64,000 nucleotides of DNA from an uncultured Verrucomicrobiae bacterium (lineage in GTDB: Bacteria; Verrucomicrobiota; Verrucomicrobiia; Chthoniobacterales; UBA10450), in contig CAWDGJ010000007.1 in the NCBI GenBank assembly GCA_963801815.1, forward strand, positions 207,700 to 271,699, given 5' to 3'. A program made the position numbers and the translations under genes. This document shows, piece after piece, positions 50,569 through 59,574 of the stretch; the stretch's first letter is position 1; each line of letters begins with the position of its first letter. The notes beneath the pieces were generated by a model. The model made no database searches and was not told where the DNA came from. It was given only the letters and a program-made list of their open reading frames with translations.

Positions 50569-51357
50569 ATGCGATTCGGGGACTGTCGATCTTGGGGATG
50601 TGTTGCCCTGATTTTTGCCATCAGCAGCTCAGCGTTCGGTGGTTCCGCGAATGATTTCAATTACACCCGCGACACACTCTCCTTCGCCAACTGGACCGTG
50701 TTTTCGTATGAGAATGGCCACATCGTTTCGCATAAGAACCAGTTCGGCCATCATTACTCTCGTCGCTGTTTCGTGATGACGCGCACCGTCGAGCAGTTTT
50801 ACAAGTTCTCCCGGTTTGAACCGAAAGCAGCGCGTATCGACGATCGCGAACTCACCAAGAGGATCCGAGACGTCACCCGCCGCCCACCTTGGCATGATCC
50901 ACTGCCAGCAGAAAAACGCGTCGTGATTCCGGGATACGGCAGTCTACGGCAACTCAGCCAGGAGAAAATGGATCTGATGCAGCGAAACATTGGTCTCGGT
51001 TGGGTGGTCTATCTCCGCGTCGGAAACTTCCGAATGTTTTACGAGCACAGCAAAAAGTATCAGGAAAAAACGCATGCAGAGCTCGAACGATCGCTCACGC
51101 GGGGCGAATTTTTTGTAGGCTACCTTTCGGACTATCCGATCCTGCACATCAATCATTCCGTGCTGGTTTACAAGCACGACCGGGCGAGATCAGCTGACGG
51201 GAGCGATTACTATCTGGTTTATGACCCAAACCACCCCGATGGGCCGCGGCATTTGAAGTGGATTGCCGGGAAGCGCGAATTTTCCTTCGAGAAGGATCGG
51301 GAATTCCCGGGCGGATTCACGCGGGTCTTCCAAGTCTACGGCAAAGCGCTGCAGTAA
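50569..51357 (+). CDS. Secreted hypothetical protein, possible papain-like fold
   Basis: Signal peptide; RRCF, NHSVLVY, VYDPN. Confidence 0.55.
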   Translation: MRFGDCRSWGCVALIFAISSSAFGGSANDFNYTRDTLSFANWTVFSYENGHIVSHKNQFGHHYSRRCFVMTRTVEQFYKFSRFEPKAARIDDRELTKRIRDVTRRPPWHDPLPAEKRVVIPGYGSLRQLSQEKMDLMQRNIGLGWVVYLRVGNFRMFYEHSKKYQEKTHAELERSLTRGEFFVGYLSDYPILHINHSVLVYKHDRARSADGSDYYLVYDPNHPDGPRHLKWIAGKREFSFEKDREFPGGFTRVFQVYGKALQ

Positions 51358-51419
51358 AGTTGAGGCTGGTGCCTTCTCTGGAAGCAGATCCAAAATTCTG
51401 CCAATGAGGATATCGCCGA

Positions 51420-52229
51420 CTACAACCCGTTAGGCGGAAATAAAAATCTCAGTGCCGGCTCGACTCGGGCCGCCCACGCCGCTTCGTTGTGACCCGCGCC
51501 AGGAATTTCGTGATATTCAAGGTTTACACCTGGACGCCAACCTCGGTCGATCAACGCATCGCGGAGGTCGTGCACCTGTTCCCAATCCGGTTCGGCCGTT
51601 CCCATATCGAGCCAGATTTTCAGGGGCGGCTTTTCTCGGACAAATCCGAGTATGCTAATGATGGCGTAGTTGTCCCACCAAACCGAAGGCGACATCACCA
51701 TCAAACGGTTGAATGTGTCCGAAAAAATAATTCCGATGGCGAGGGTCGCTAATCCGCCAAGCGAAGATCCGCCCAAACCTGTAAATTCCGCTTCCGGCTT
51801 CGTTCGATATTTTCGATCAATGAACGGTTTCAGTTCGTTAATCAAAAATCGCCCATACATTCCGGCGAGCCCGCGGCTGCGTTTTTTTGGATGATCATGC
51901 GGTGTGATCACACCCGGGGTCGGTGCGTATTCATGGATACGCTCCTCACCCAGGTTGGCAATTGCAACGATGATGAGCGGCTCGATCAATTTCCGTCGAA
52001 TCAATTGCTGCGCCGTTTCGTCAACGCCCCACTCCACTCCGGCGAACGAAGTTGCCGCATCGAAAACGTTTTGGCCGTCGTGCAAATATAAAACCGGATA
52101 ACGCTGGCGCGAAAACCGTGAATACCCGGGCGGCAGATAAACCAGCACATCGCGCCGGTTCCCGAGAACTTTCGATGGAAACGCGCGATGCCGTTTGATG
52201 TTTCCGGTGAGTGTGTGTTTGCGTTTCAA
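51420..52229 (-). CDS. Alpha/beta hydrolase, putative esterase family
   Basis: VYLPPGY, YLHDGQN, GSSLGG, GHNE.AW. Confidence 0.88.
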   Translation of the reverse strand: MKRKHTLTGNIKRHRAFPSKVLGNRRDVLVYLPPGYSRFSRQRYPVLYLHDGQNVFDAATSFAGVEWGVDETAQQLIRRKLIEPLIIVAIANLGEERIHEYAPTPGVITPHDHPKKRSRGLAGMYGRFLINELKPFIDRKYRTKPEAEFTGLGGSSLGGLATLAIGIIFSDTFNRLMVMSPSVWWDNYAIISILGFVREKPPLKIWLDMGTAEPDWEQVHDLRDALIDRGWRPGVNLEYHEIPGAGHNEAAWAARVEPALRFLFPPNGL

Positions 52230-52379
52230 AGCCAGACGCTTCGTTGAAGATGTCGCCCTTGTCCACCACCGTTAGCTTCAGCGGTAGCGAAATTACTTTG
52301 ACAGAATGAACAGAATCGATCCGAGTGTTAGCCGCAGAAGCGTCTTCAGCTTATTTTGTTAATTCTGTCTCATCTTTAA

Positions 52380-53093
52380 ATGAACGAACGTTATATCCGT
52401 TGGTACACACCGTGGCTCAGTCGTGACTTCGAGATGCTGATCTTCGGAAACGGCGGCGGTCTGCCCCTTATCCTGTTTCCGACTTCGGGCGCCCGTTATT
52501 ATGAGAATAAAGATTTCGGTCTGGTCGGCTCAGTTGCCGGGTACATCGACAGTGGCAAAATAACCGTCTACTGCCCCGATGCGATTGACCTGGAAAGTCT
52601 TTACAACAAATCGATTCATCCGGCGGATCGAATGAAAACGCACAACGCCTACGAACGTGTGATTGTGAACGACGTGTTCGATCTCGCGCGCCGCGAATCT
52701 CATTGTCATCGAGTAGCGGTGAGCGGCGCGAGTCTCGGCGCTTATCATGCGGCCAATATTGCCTTTCGCCATCCGGATTTGGTCAGCCATCTCATTTCCC
52801 TGAGCGGCTCGTTCGACATCAGCGATTTCTTCAACGGCTATTGGGACGACAACATTTACTTCAACAGCCCCTACCAATATCTGCCGAACACGACCGACCC
52901 TTGGAAATACAACCACATGGGCATCATTATCGGTACCGGTGAGTGGGACAACACGCGGCACGAATCCTACAAGCTCTCCGAGATTTTGAATTCAAAAGGC
53001 ATTCAGCATTGGCTCGATGACGGAAAATGGCGCGGCCACGATTGGAATTACTGGTGCGACATGCTGCCGTACTATTTGTCGAAGATCACCTGA
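52380..53093 (+). CDS. Alpha/beta hydrolase, esterase family
   Basis: FPTSG, GASLG, YFNSP, HDWNYW. Confidence 0.88.
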   Translation: MNERYIRWYTPWLSRDFEMLIFGNGGGLPLILFPTSGARYYENKDFGLVGSVAGYIDSGKITVYCPDAIDLESLYNKSIHPADRMKTHNAYERVIVNDVFDLARRESHCHRVAVSGASLGAYHAANIAFRHPDLVSHLISLSGSFDISDFFNGYWDDNIYFNSPYQYLPNTTDPWKYNHMGIIIGTGEWDNTRHESYKLSEILNSKGIQHWLDDGKWRGHDWNYWCDMLPYYLSKIT

Positions 53094-53216
53094 CGCTGTT
53101 TTCATTAACAACGGACTTCAGTCCGGTGTTGGAACTCCCCCAAGGACAAAGCCGTTTAAACGGCTTACTGACTGAATATGCGATCATCACCGGGCTAAAG
53201 CCGCGGTGTTACTGAA

Positions 53217-54143
53217 ATGGCAAATAAAAAACTTTGGCGCCGCCATAAATCCGCAATCCGCAATCCGACATCCGAAATTCTTCTTGGCGCGCATATGTCG
53301 ATCGCCGGCGGGGTGCACACCGCAATCGAGCGTGGTCGTTCGATCAACTGCACCGCGGTCCAGATGTTCGTGAAGAACAATATGCAATGGTTTGCGAGGC
53401 CGCTTACACAGGCCGAAATCCGGACCTTTCTCGAACATCGACAACGCAGCGAGTTGTTGTCCATCTTTGCTCACGCGAATTATCTGATCAATCTCGCAGC
53501 CACGAACCCGCAATTTCTCGCCAATTCGATCCGCGCGCTTTCCGAAGAATTGACGCGAGCCGAGCATCTGGAGCTGCCGTTTTTGGTTCTGCATCCCGGC
53601 GCGCATCTCGGCGCGGGCGAAGATGCCGGCCTGGATGAGATCGTGAAGTCGATTGACCGCGTCTTTCGTAAGATTCCGAGAGTGAAAACACGGATTGCGC
53701 TCGAAACCACCGCCGGCCAGGGCTCGTGCCTTGGTCATCGCTTTGAACAAATCGCTTATATTATAGAGAGTGTCCGCGAACCGCAGCGGCTTTGCGTTTG
53801 TCTCGACACCGCTCACGTTTTCGCCGCCGGCTACGATATTGGCAACCAGGCTGGCGTTAAGAAAACATTTCGTGAGTTCGATCGCGCGATCGGGCTCGAA
53901 CGACTTGCGGCGATTCACGTAAACGATTCGAAAACCTCCCGCGGCTCACGGGTGGATCGACATCAGCACATCGGCAAAGGCCAGATCGGCCTCGACGCGT
54001 TTCGACTTATTATGAGTGACCGGCGTTTCAGGAAAATCCCCAAAGTGTTGGAGACACCGAAGGGCAAAGAGATGCGCGAAGACGTCGAGAACCTGAAAAC
54101 ACTGCGAGGATTGGTTCGAGTTAACTCAAAAACCGGATCGTGA
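53217..54143 (+). CDS. nfo: Endonuclease IV
   Basis: LGAHMSIAGG, HANYLINL, LHPG, ETTAGQG, DTAH, HVNDSK, DRH, LETP. Confidence 0.95.
   Translation: MANKKLWRRHKSAIRNPTSEILLGAHMSIAGGVHTAIERGRSINCTAVQMFVKNNMQWFARPLTQAEIRTFLEHRQRSELLSIFAHANYLINLAATNPQFLANSIRALSEELTRAEHLELPFLVLHPGAHLGAGEDAGLDEIVKSIDRVFRKIPRVKTRIALETTAGQGSCLGHRFEQIAYIIESVREPQRLCVCLDTAHVFAAGYDIGNQAGVKKTFREFDRAIGLERLAAIHVNDSKTSRGSRVDRHQHIGKGQIGLDAFRLIMSDRRFRKIPKVLETPKGKEMREDVENLKTLRGLVRVNSKTGS
53247..53278. repeat. Heptamer tandem repeat in the nfo N-terminus
   Basis: AAATCCG CAATCCG CAATCCG ACATCCG AAAT. Confidence 0.85.
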
Positions 54144-54519
54144 ACGGGTACCGATAAACCTTCCCCTCGCTCGTTTTCACCGAGGCAATGATCACGAACA
54201 CCGTGTTCAAAATCCAAAGGGCGATCAGGATAAAAATTCCAATCACAACCAGACACAGAATTCCTGCGATTATGTCGTAGATCAGCATCGAGATCTGGAA
54301 ATTGAGCGACTCTTTCCCATTAGCATCGATCTCCGGCGCATCACCACGCTTGATCAGCCAAACCAGGAGCGGTCCAAGGAGGTGTCCAAAGAAATGGAAA
54401 AACAATCCGAGCAGCGCGCTGGCGTGACAAAGCACCGACCAGGTGCGGATTTCCGACGAAGTGATTGAGGATGGTGAGGTCGGGGGCGGTGATGATGGAG
54501 TTGGTGGCGTTTCGTTCAT
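54121..54519 (-). CDS. DUF4870 family membrane protein
   Basis: W..LCH, GPLLVW, GKESLNFQIS, YRYPFTIRF. Confidence 0.88.
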   Translation of the reverse strand: MNETPPTPSSPPPTSPSSITSSEIRTWSVLCHASALLGLFFHFFGHLLGPLLVWLIKRGDAPEIDANGKESLNFQISMLIYDIIAGILCLVVIGIFILIALWILNTVFVIIASVKTSEGKVYRYPFTIRFLS

Positions 54520-54553
54520 ACTGTCTAGCCGTTAACGACCCAGCGTGCGAAGC

Positions 54554-55813
54554 TCATTCTTTTACCCGCTCGATCTCAGCCCCGAGCTCGCTTAGTTTCT
54601 CATCAAGATGTTCGTAACCGCGGTCGATGTGATAAACGCGGCTGACTTCGGTAATTCCTTCCGCCTTCAATCCCGCTAAAACCAACGCCGCGGACGCGCG
54701 CAGATCACTCGCCATCACCGGCGCCCCGAGAAGTTGGTCGACCCCTTCGATCCGCGCAGTGGCGCCCTCCAGTTCCATGTTCGCGCCCATTCGCTTCAAC
54801 TCCGCGACGTGCATGTAACGTTGCGGGAAAATATTTTCGGTAATTGAACTTTGCCCGCGCGTGGTGGAAAGCAGCGCGCACATTTGCGCCTGCATATCAG
54901 TCGGAAATCCCGGGTAGCATTCAGTCGAGAGCTCAACCGGTTTCGCGGCCCCGTTTGGTGAAACTGAGACCGTCGTGCCGTCAGCCGCAATTCGAAAACC
55001 GCAGTCCTCGAGCGCTTTCATCACCGCCGTCAGATGTTTTGGCTCCGCGCGCTTGATCGTCACGCCTTTGCCGCAAATCGCGCCCGCGACCAAAAACGTT
55101 CCCGCTTCGATCCGGTCCGGAATGATGTCGTGCTCGGCGCCGTGCAATTCTTTGACGCCTTCAACAATGATTCGTCGCGTGCCGGCGCCCTCAATCTTCG
55201 CTCCCATCTTGTTCAGGAAATTCGCGAGATCGACGACCTCCGGTTCCTGCGCGGCGTCGTCGATTACGGTTGTTCCTTCGGCGAGAACAGCGGCCATCAT
55301 CACATTATCGGTTCCGAGAACGGTCGGCCCAAATTTACCGCGTAAATCGATCACCGCGCCTTTCAGTTTCGGTGCGAACACCTTGACGTTACCGCCTTCC
55401 ACGCGAACGGCGGCACCGAGCGCTTCAAATCCCTTCAAGTGCAAATCGATTGGACGATCGCCAATGATGCAGCCACCCGGCAAAGAAACGGTTGCCTCTT
55501 TGCAGCGGCCGAGCAGCGGCCCGATTACACAAACCGATGCGCGCATTTTGCGGACGACATCGTAGGGCGCAATCGAATCAATTTTCACCGCCGCGATGGT
55601 GACCGTCCCGCTGGCGCGTTCAACATCGGCGCCGAGATGTTTCAAAATTTGCAGCATGTAGTGCGTATCGCTCAGATCAGGAACGCGCCGGATGATGCAC
55701 GGTTCTTTGGTTAGTAACGTCGCTGCCAGGATTGGCAGGGCAGAATTCTTCGAGCCGCTGATCTTGATCGAACCGCTCAGCGGACGCCCACCGTGAATGC
55801 GGATCTTATCCAT
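54554..55813 (-). CDS. murA: UDP-N-acetylglucosamine 1-carboxyvinyltransferase
   Basis: GSKNSALP, LPGGC.IG.RP, YPGFPTDMQ, DLRA, DRGY. Confidence 0.97.
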   Translation of the reverse strand: MDKIRIHGGRPLSGSIKISGSKNSALPILAATLLTKEPCIIRRVPDLSDTHYMLQILKHLGADVERASGTVTIAAVKIDSIAPYDVVRKMRASVCVIGPLLGRCKEATVSLPGGCIIGDRPIDLHLKGFEALGAAVRVEGGNVKVFAPKLKGAVIDLRGKFGPTVLGTDNVMMAAVLAEGTTVIDDAAQEPEVVDLANFLNKMGAKIEGAGTRRIIVEGVKELHGAEHDIIPDRIEAGTFLVAGAICGKGVTIKRAEPKHLTAVMKALEDCGFRIAADGTTVSVSPNGAAKPVELSTECYPGFPTDMQAQMCALLSTTRGQSSITENIFPQRYMHVAELKRMGANMELEGATARIEGVDQLLGAPVMASDLRASAALVLAGLKAEGITEVSRVYHIDRGYEHLDEKLSELGAEIERVKE

Positions 55814-56657
55814 ACCTGGCTAACAGGAACCGTGAGATACCTGAATAATCCTTTTTCGACCGAATGTCGTGATAATTTTTTTGCCGCAAAAATTCGGTCA
55901 ACCCTTCCGCCTGATTGATCCCGATTTCGAGGGCAAGTAGCCCTCCGGGATTGAGGTGCGACGGCGCAATTTCGATCAGGCGGCGCGCCAGTTCGTCCCC
56001 GATCGGGCCGGCGAACAACGCGACTCCCGGATCATGAAGCACTTCGGGCGCAAGCAGGTGTCGATCTTGCATGGAAACGTACGGAAGATTCGCCACGATT
56101 AGGTCGAATCTTTCAGTCAGATTTCCGAGAAGATCTGCCTTTGCAAATCGAACCCGGTCGCTCAAACCGAGTCGGGCGGCATTTTCCTTGGCGAGCGCCA
56201 ACGCGTGTTCTGAGAGGTCGACCGCGAAAATTTTCGCTTCCGGAAATTGTTTCGCCAAAGTCAGCGCGATCACCCCGCTGCCCGTCCCAACGTCAACAAT
56301 TCTTTCCGCATTCCGCAATCCGCAGTCCGCAATCAATAATTCGATGAGCTCCTCTGTTTCCGGCCTCGGCACCAGTGCGCGCTTGTCGATTGCAAACGTT
56401 TGACCGCAAAACTCCACCGTTCCTAACAAATGCTGGAGCGGTTCGCCCTGGCCTCGGCGCTTTACCAGTTCGCGCAACGGCGCCAACTCCGTTTCCGAGA
56501 GATTTCGCTCGAACTCCAAATAAAGGTCCATTCGCGTTTTCTCCAGCACGTGCGCCAGCAAGTGTTCCGCGTTTAAACGCGGACTCTCGATCTGATGCTT
56601 TTGAAAGTAAGCGGTCGTCGATTGCAAGACTTCGAGCACAGTCTTCTTGTCGTTCAC
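55806..56657 (-). CDS. prmC: Release factor glutamine methyltransferase
   Basis: GEPLQH, PRPETEEL, DVGTGSG, NLPY; downstream of prfA. Confidence 0.95.
   Translation of the reverse strand: MNDKKTVLEVLQSTTAYFQKHQIESPRLNAEHLLAHVLEKTRMDLYLEFERNLSETELAPLRELVKRRGQGEPLQHLLGTVEFCGQTFAIDKRALVPRPETEELIELLIADCGLRNAERIVDVGTGSGVIALTLAKQFPEAKIFAVDLSEHALALAKENAARLGLSDRVRFAKADLLGNLTERFDLIVANLPYVSMQDRHLLAPEVLHDPGVALFAGPIGDELARRLIEIAPSHLNPGGLLALEIGINQAEGLTEFLRQKNYHDIRSKKDYSGISRFLLARYG
56303..56334. repeat. Heptamer tandem repeat inside prmC
   Basis: TTTCCGC ATTCCGC AATCCGC AGTCCGC AATC. Confidence 0.85.
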
Positions 56658-57730
56658 GAAACGGATGATTCCTTCAACCGCTCGGCGACATCGGCCGCTT
56701 GCAGCGCCTTGATCATCGCGTCGAGGTCGCCATCAATCACGCGATCCAGATTATATAGAGTGAGGCCAATACGGTGATCGGTCAGGCGGTTTTGCGGAAA
56801 ATTGTAGGTCCTGATTTTCTCTTCCCTGCCGCCGGTGCCGATCTGTCCGCGGCGCTGGGCGCTGTATTTCTCCTGCTCTTCGCGTTGTTTTCGTTCGAGC
56901 AACCGCGCCCGCAAAATCGACATCGCTTTCTCCTTGTTCTTCAACTGGCTGCGACCATCCTGACATCGGACGATCGTTCCCGTTGGAATGTGCAAAACCT
57001 GAACCGCGGAGTCGGTCGTATTCACGCCCTGACCGCCCGGCCCGCCAGCACGCGAAACTTCAACCCGCAGATCTTCCGGCTTCAATTCAATATCGATATC
57101 TTCCGCTTCCGGCAATACCGCGACTGTCGCCGTTGAGGTATGAATTCGTCCCTGTGCTTCGGTGGCAGGCACGCGTTGGACGCGGTGGACCCCACTCTCA
57201 TAGCGAAGGTTCCGAAAAACCGATTCGCCTGAAACCTTGAAGATCACTTCCTTCAAACCACCGAGCTCCGACGGACTCGACTCGAGATCCTCGGCCTTGA
57301 GGCCGGTTGATTCCGCATAGCGGTGATACATTCTATATAGATCAGCCGCGAAAATGGCGGCCTCACTTCCGCCGGTGCCGGCCCGGATCTCAACGATCGC
57401 GTCGCGATTTTCGTTTTCGTCCGGCGGCAGAAGACCGATCTGCAGTTCGCGTTCGAGCTCGGCCACGCGCTTCTCCAAGTCGGGAATTTCATCGTCCGCC
57501 ATGGCCGCAATCTCGACATCGCGAGAGCTGGCCAGCTCGCGATTGTCGTCGAGCTGTTTGCGGGCAAGCTCAAGCTGGTCCCACTTCGCGAGCAGCTCCT
57601 TAATGCCGGCGTGCTCGCGCATGATCTCGCCGGCTCGTTTTCGATTGTCGAAAAGTTTCGGATCGACTGTTTCGCGCTCCAGCTCTTCGAACCGTTCGCG
57701 CTTGCGTTGGATGAGTAGTTCAAAGTCCAT
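56654..57730 (-). CDS. prfA: Peptide chain release factor 1
   Basis: PAT anticodon motif (VPATE), GGQ, IRTYNFPQ. Confidence 0.97.
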   Translation of the reverse strand: MDFELLIQRKRERFEELERETVDPKLFDNRKRAGEIMREHAGIKELLAKWDQLELARKQLDDNRELASSRDVEIAAMADDEIPDLEKRVAELERELQIGLLPPDENENRDAIVEIRAGTGGSEAAIFAADLYRMYHRYAESTGLKAEDLESSPSELGGLKEVIFKVSGESVFRNLRYESGVHRVQRVPATEAQGRIHTSTATVAVLPEAEDIDIELKPEDLRVEVSRAGGPGGQGVNTTDSAVQVLHIPTGTIVRCQDGRSQLKNKEKAMSILRARLLERKQREEQEKYSAQRRGQIGTGGREEKIRTYNFPQNRLTDHRIGLTLYNLDRVIDGDLDAMIKALQAADVAERLKESSVS

Positions 57731-57736
57731 ATGGCT

Positions 57737-57790
57737 GTAGCGGCGGCCTATGACCGTCGCATAAATACGGCGATCGCAGATCGCCGTTTC
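57737..57790. repeat. GTAG-type REP-like inverted pair
   Basis: GTAGCGGCGGCCTATGACCGTCG...CGGCGATCGCAGATCGCCGTTTC between rpmE and prfA. Confidence 0.55.
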
Positions 57791-57797
57791 GATTCAG

Positions 57798-58025
57798 CTA
57801 ACCTTTTTTGCCCGTGCGGGCGGCTTTGGTGCTGCCGTAACGCTTGGCAAATTTTTCCACGCGACCGGCTGTATCGACAAATTTCTGTTCGCCAGTGAAA
57901 AACGGATGACAAGCAGCACAGATACCGATTCTAATGTCGCGCCGGGTCGAGCGGGTGTGATAAACCGCCCCACACGCGCAAACCATGTCGGTTTCGTGAT
58001 ACTCTGGGTGAATGCCTGCTTTCAT
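57798..58025 (-). CDS. rpmE: 50S ribosomal protein L31 (Zn-binding type)
   Basis: [32 protein letters not shown]. Confidence 0.97.
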   Translation of the reverse strand: MKAGIHPEYHETDMVCACGAVYHTRSTRRDIRIGICAACHPFFTGEQKFVDTAGRVEKFAKRYGSTKAARTGKKG

Positions 58026-58074
58026 GTCCGAAAATGAGCGCCGAATGTAACCGCCCCCGCTGTTTACGCAAGCG

Positions 58075-59457
58075 ATGAAACTCAACGACCCGCTACTGGA
58101 GCAATGGCAGGTGATTCTCGCCAAAAAGGGCGACGGCCCGGCCATTTTCAATGCTCTCGGCCCGGTCGACAGAACCTTTCGGGAGATCGACGAGCACGCT
58201 CGCGAATTCGAACGAAACCTCAACCACGTCGAAGCCGGCAGTGTCCTCGCGGTCCAGATTGGGAACCACCAAGATTGGCCGGCAATTCTGATCGCGTGCT
58301 TGCGTCGTGGATTGGCCGTATTGCCTCTTGAAAAATCGATCAGCGAGCATCAGCGCGACGTGGCGCTGAAAATCTGTCGGGTGAGCGCAATCATCGAAAG
58401 CCCGGAGCTGGTCCGCAAAATCGACAACGAGCCGCCGAATTGGCCAGCGAAGACTCCGTCGCTTCTCAAACTGACTTCGGGCACGACTGCCGAGCCACGC
58501 GCGATCCGGTTTCGCAGCGAGCAACTGCTCGCAGATTGCAATCAGATCTGCCAAACGAAAGGAATTTCCGAGGCGGATCTAAACTTCGGAGTGATTCCAG
58601 TCTCGCACTCCTACGGATTTAGCAATCTGTTAACGCCCTTGATCGCCTGCGGCGTGCCGATGGTCATGAGCCGAGACCGCACTCCCCGCGCCGTACTCGA
58701 GGATCTTGGCCGCACCAACGCGACCGTCTTTCCAGGAATGCCGGTCTTTTATCAGGCGTTTTGCGAAATGGAAAATGTTCCGCGGCTTCCAAAGCTCCGC
58801 CTTTGCATTTCCGCCGGCGCGCCATTGCCAATGGCCGTTGCGAAAAAATTTGGCAACCGTTTCGGAATGCCGATTCATTCGTTCTACGGGGCGTCCGAAT
58901 GCGGCGGGATTTGCTATGACTGTGAAGGCGCAAGCGACATCGAGGGTTATGTCGGTACCCCATTGAAAGGTGTCGACCTTGAAATGATCGATGGGAAATC
59001 CGAATCGAGTCAGATCCGAGTTCGCAGCGCCGCAGCCGGCGACGGTTATTTCCCCGAACGGGACGACGAAAAATTACGCACCGGAGTTTTCGTTCCCGAC
59101 GATTTACTCGTCCGCCACCATGATGGATTCAAAATCGTCGGACGCGTCTCGGATGTAATCAACGTCGCAGGAAAGAAAGTGAACCCATCCGAGATCGAGG
59201 AGGCGTTGCTCCGTTTTAAAGGCGTTCGGCAGGCCGTGGCATTCGGGCGTCCGGCAGCGGCCGGGCTGCGCAACGAAGAGGTTGCGGCTTGCGTCGTTGG
59301 GAATGTCGATCTTAAAGAGGCCGATTTGCTGGAGGCTTGCCGGAAAACGTTGAGCTTGTGGCAAGTGCCAAAGCGAATTTTCATCGTCGATGCGATTCCG
59401 GCCAACGAACGGGGAAAAGTCAGCCGCCGTGAACTAGCGAAGCAGTTCCGCGCCTGA
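58075..59457 (+). CDS. AMP-binding adenylate-forming enzyme (acyl-CoA/acyl-ACP ligase family)
   Basis: [35 protein letters not shown]. Confidence 0.88.
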   Translation: MKLNDPLLEQWQVILAKKGDGPAIFNALGPVDRTFREIDEHAREFERNLNHVEAGSVLAVQIGNHQDWPAILIACLRRGLAVLPLEKSISEHQRDVALKICRVSAIIESPELVRKIDNEPPNWPAKTPSLLKLTSGTTAEPRAIRFRSEQLLADCNQICQTKGISEADLNFGVIPVSHSYGFSNLLTPLIACGVPMVMSRDRTPRAVLEDLGRTNATVFPGMPVFYQAFCEMENVPRLPKLRLCISAGAPLPMAVAKKFGNRFGMPIHSFYGASECGGICYDCEGASDIEGYVGTPLKGVDLEMIDGKSESSQIRVRSAAAGDGYFPERDDEKLRTGVFVPDDLLVRHHDGFKIVGRVSDVINVAGKKVNPSEIEEALLRFKGVRQAVAFGRPAAAGLRNEEVAACVVGNVDLKEADLLEACRKTLSLWQVPKRIFIVDAIPANERGKVSRRELAKQFRA

Positions 59458-59574
59458 AATTGGAATTCTCGGCTCGATAAGTCCCATCCGGTTCGGACAA
59501 AAAGCCGTTGTCATTTGCCGAGAAGCAGGCATTGCTACGGGAGAAACAGCCCCGGCCTCCGGATTGGAGGTTCA

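Noticed and set aside
58075..59457. AMP-binding enzyme as the acyl donor ligase for the sphingolipid cluster or as an NRPS module
   Set aside because: 47 kb away, with no carrier protein or condensation domain nearby; nothing supports a link.
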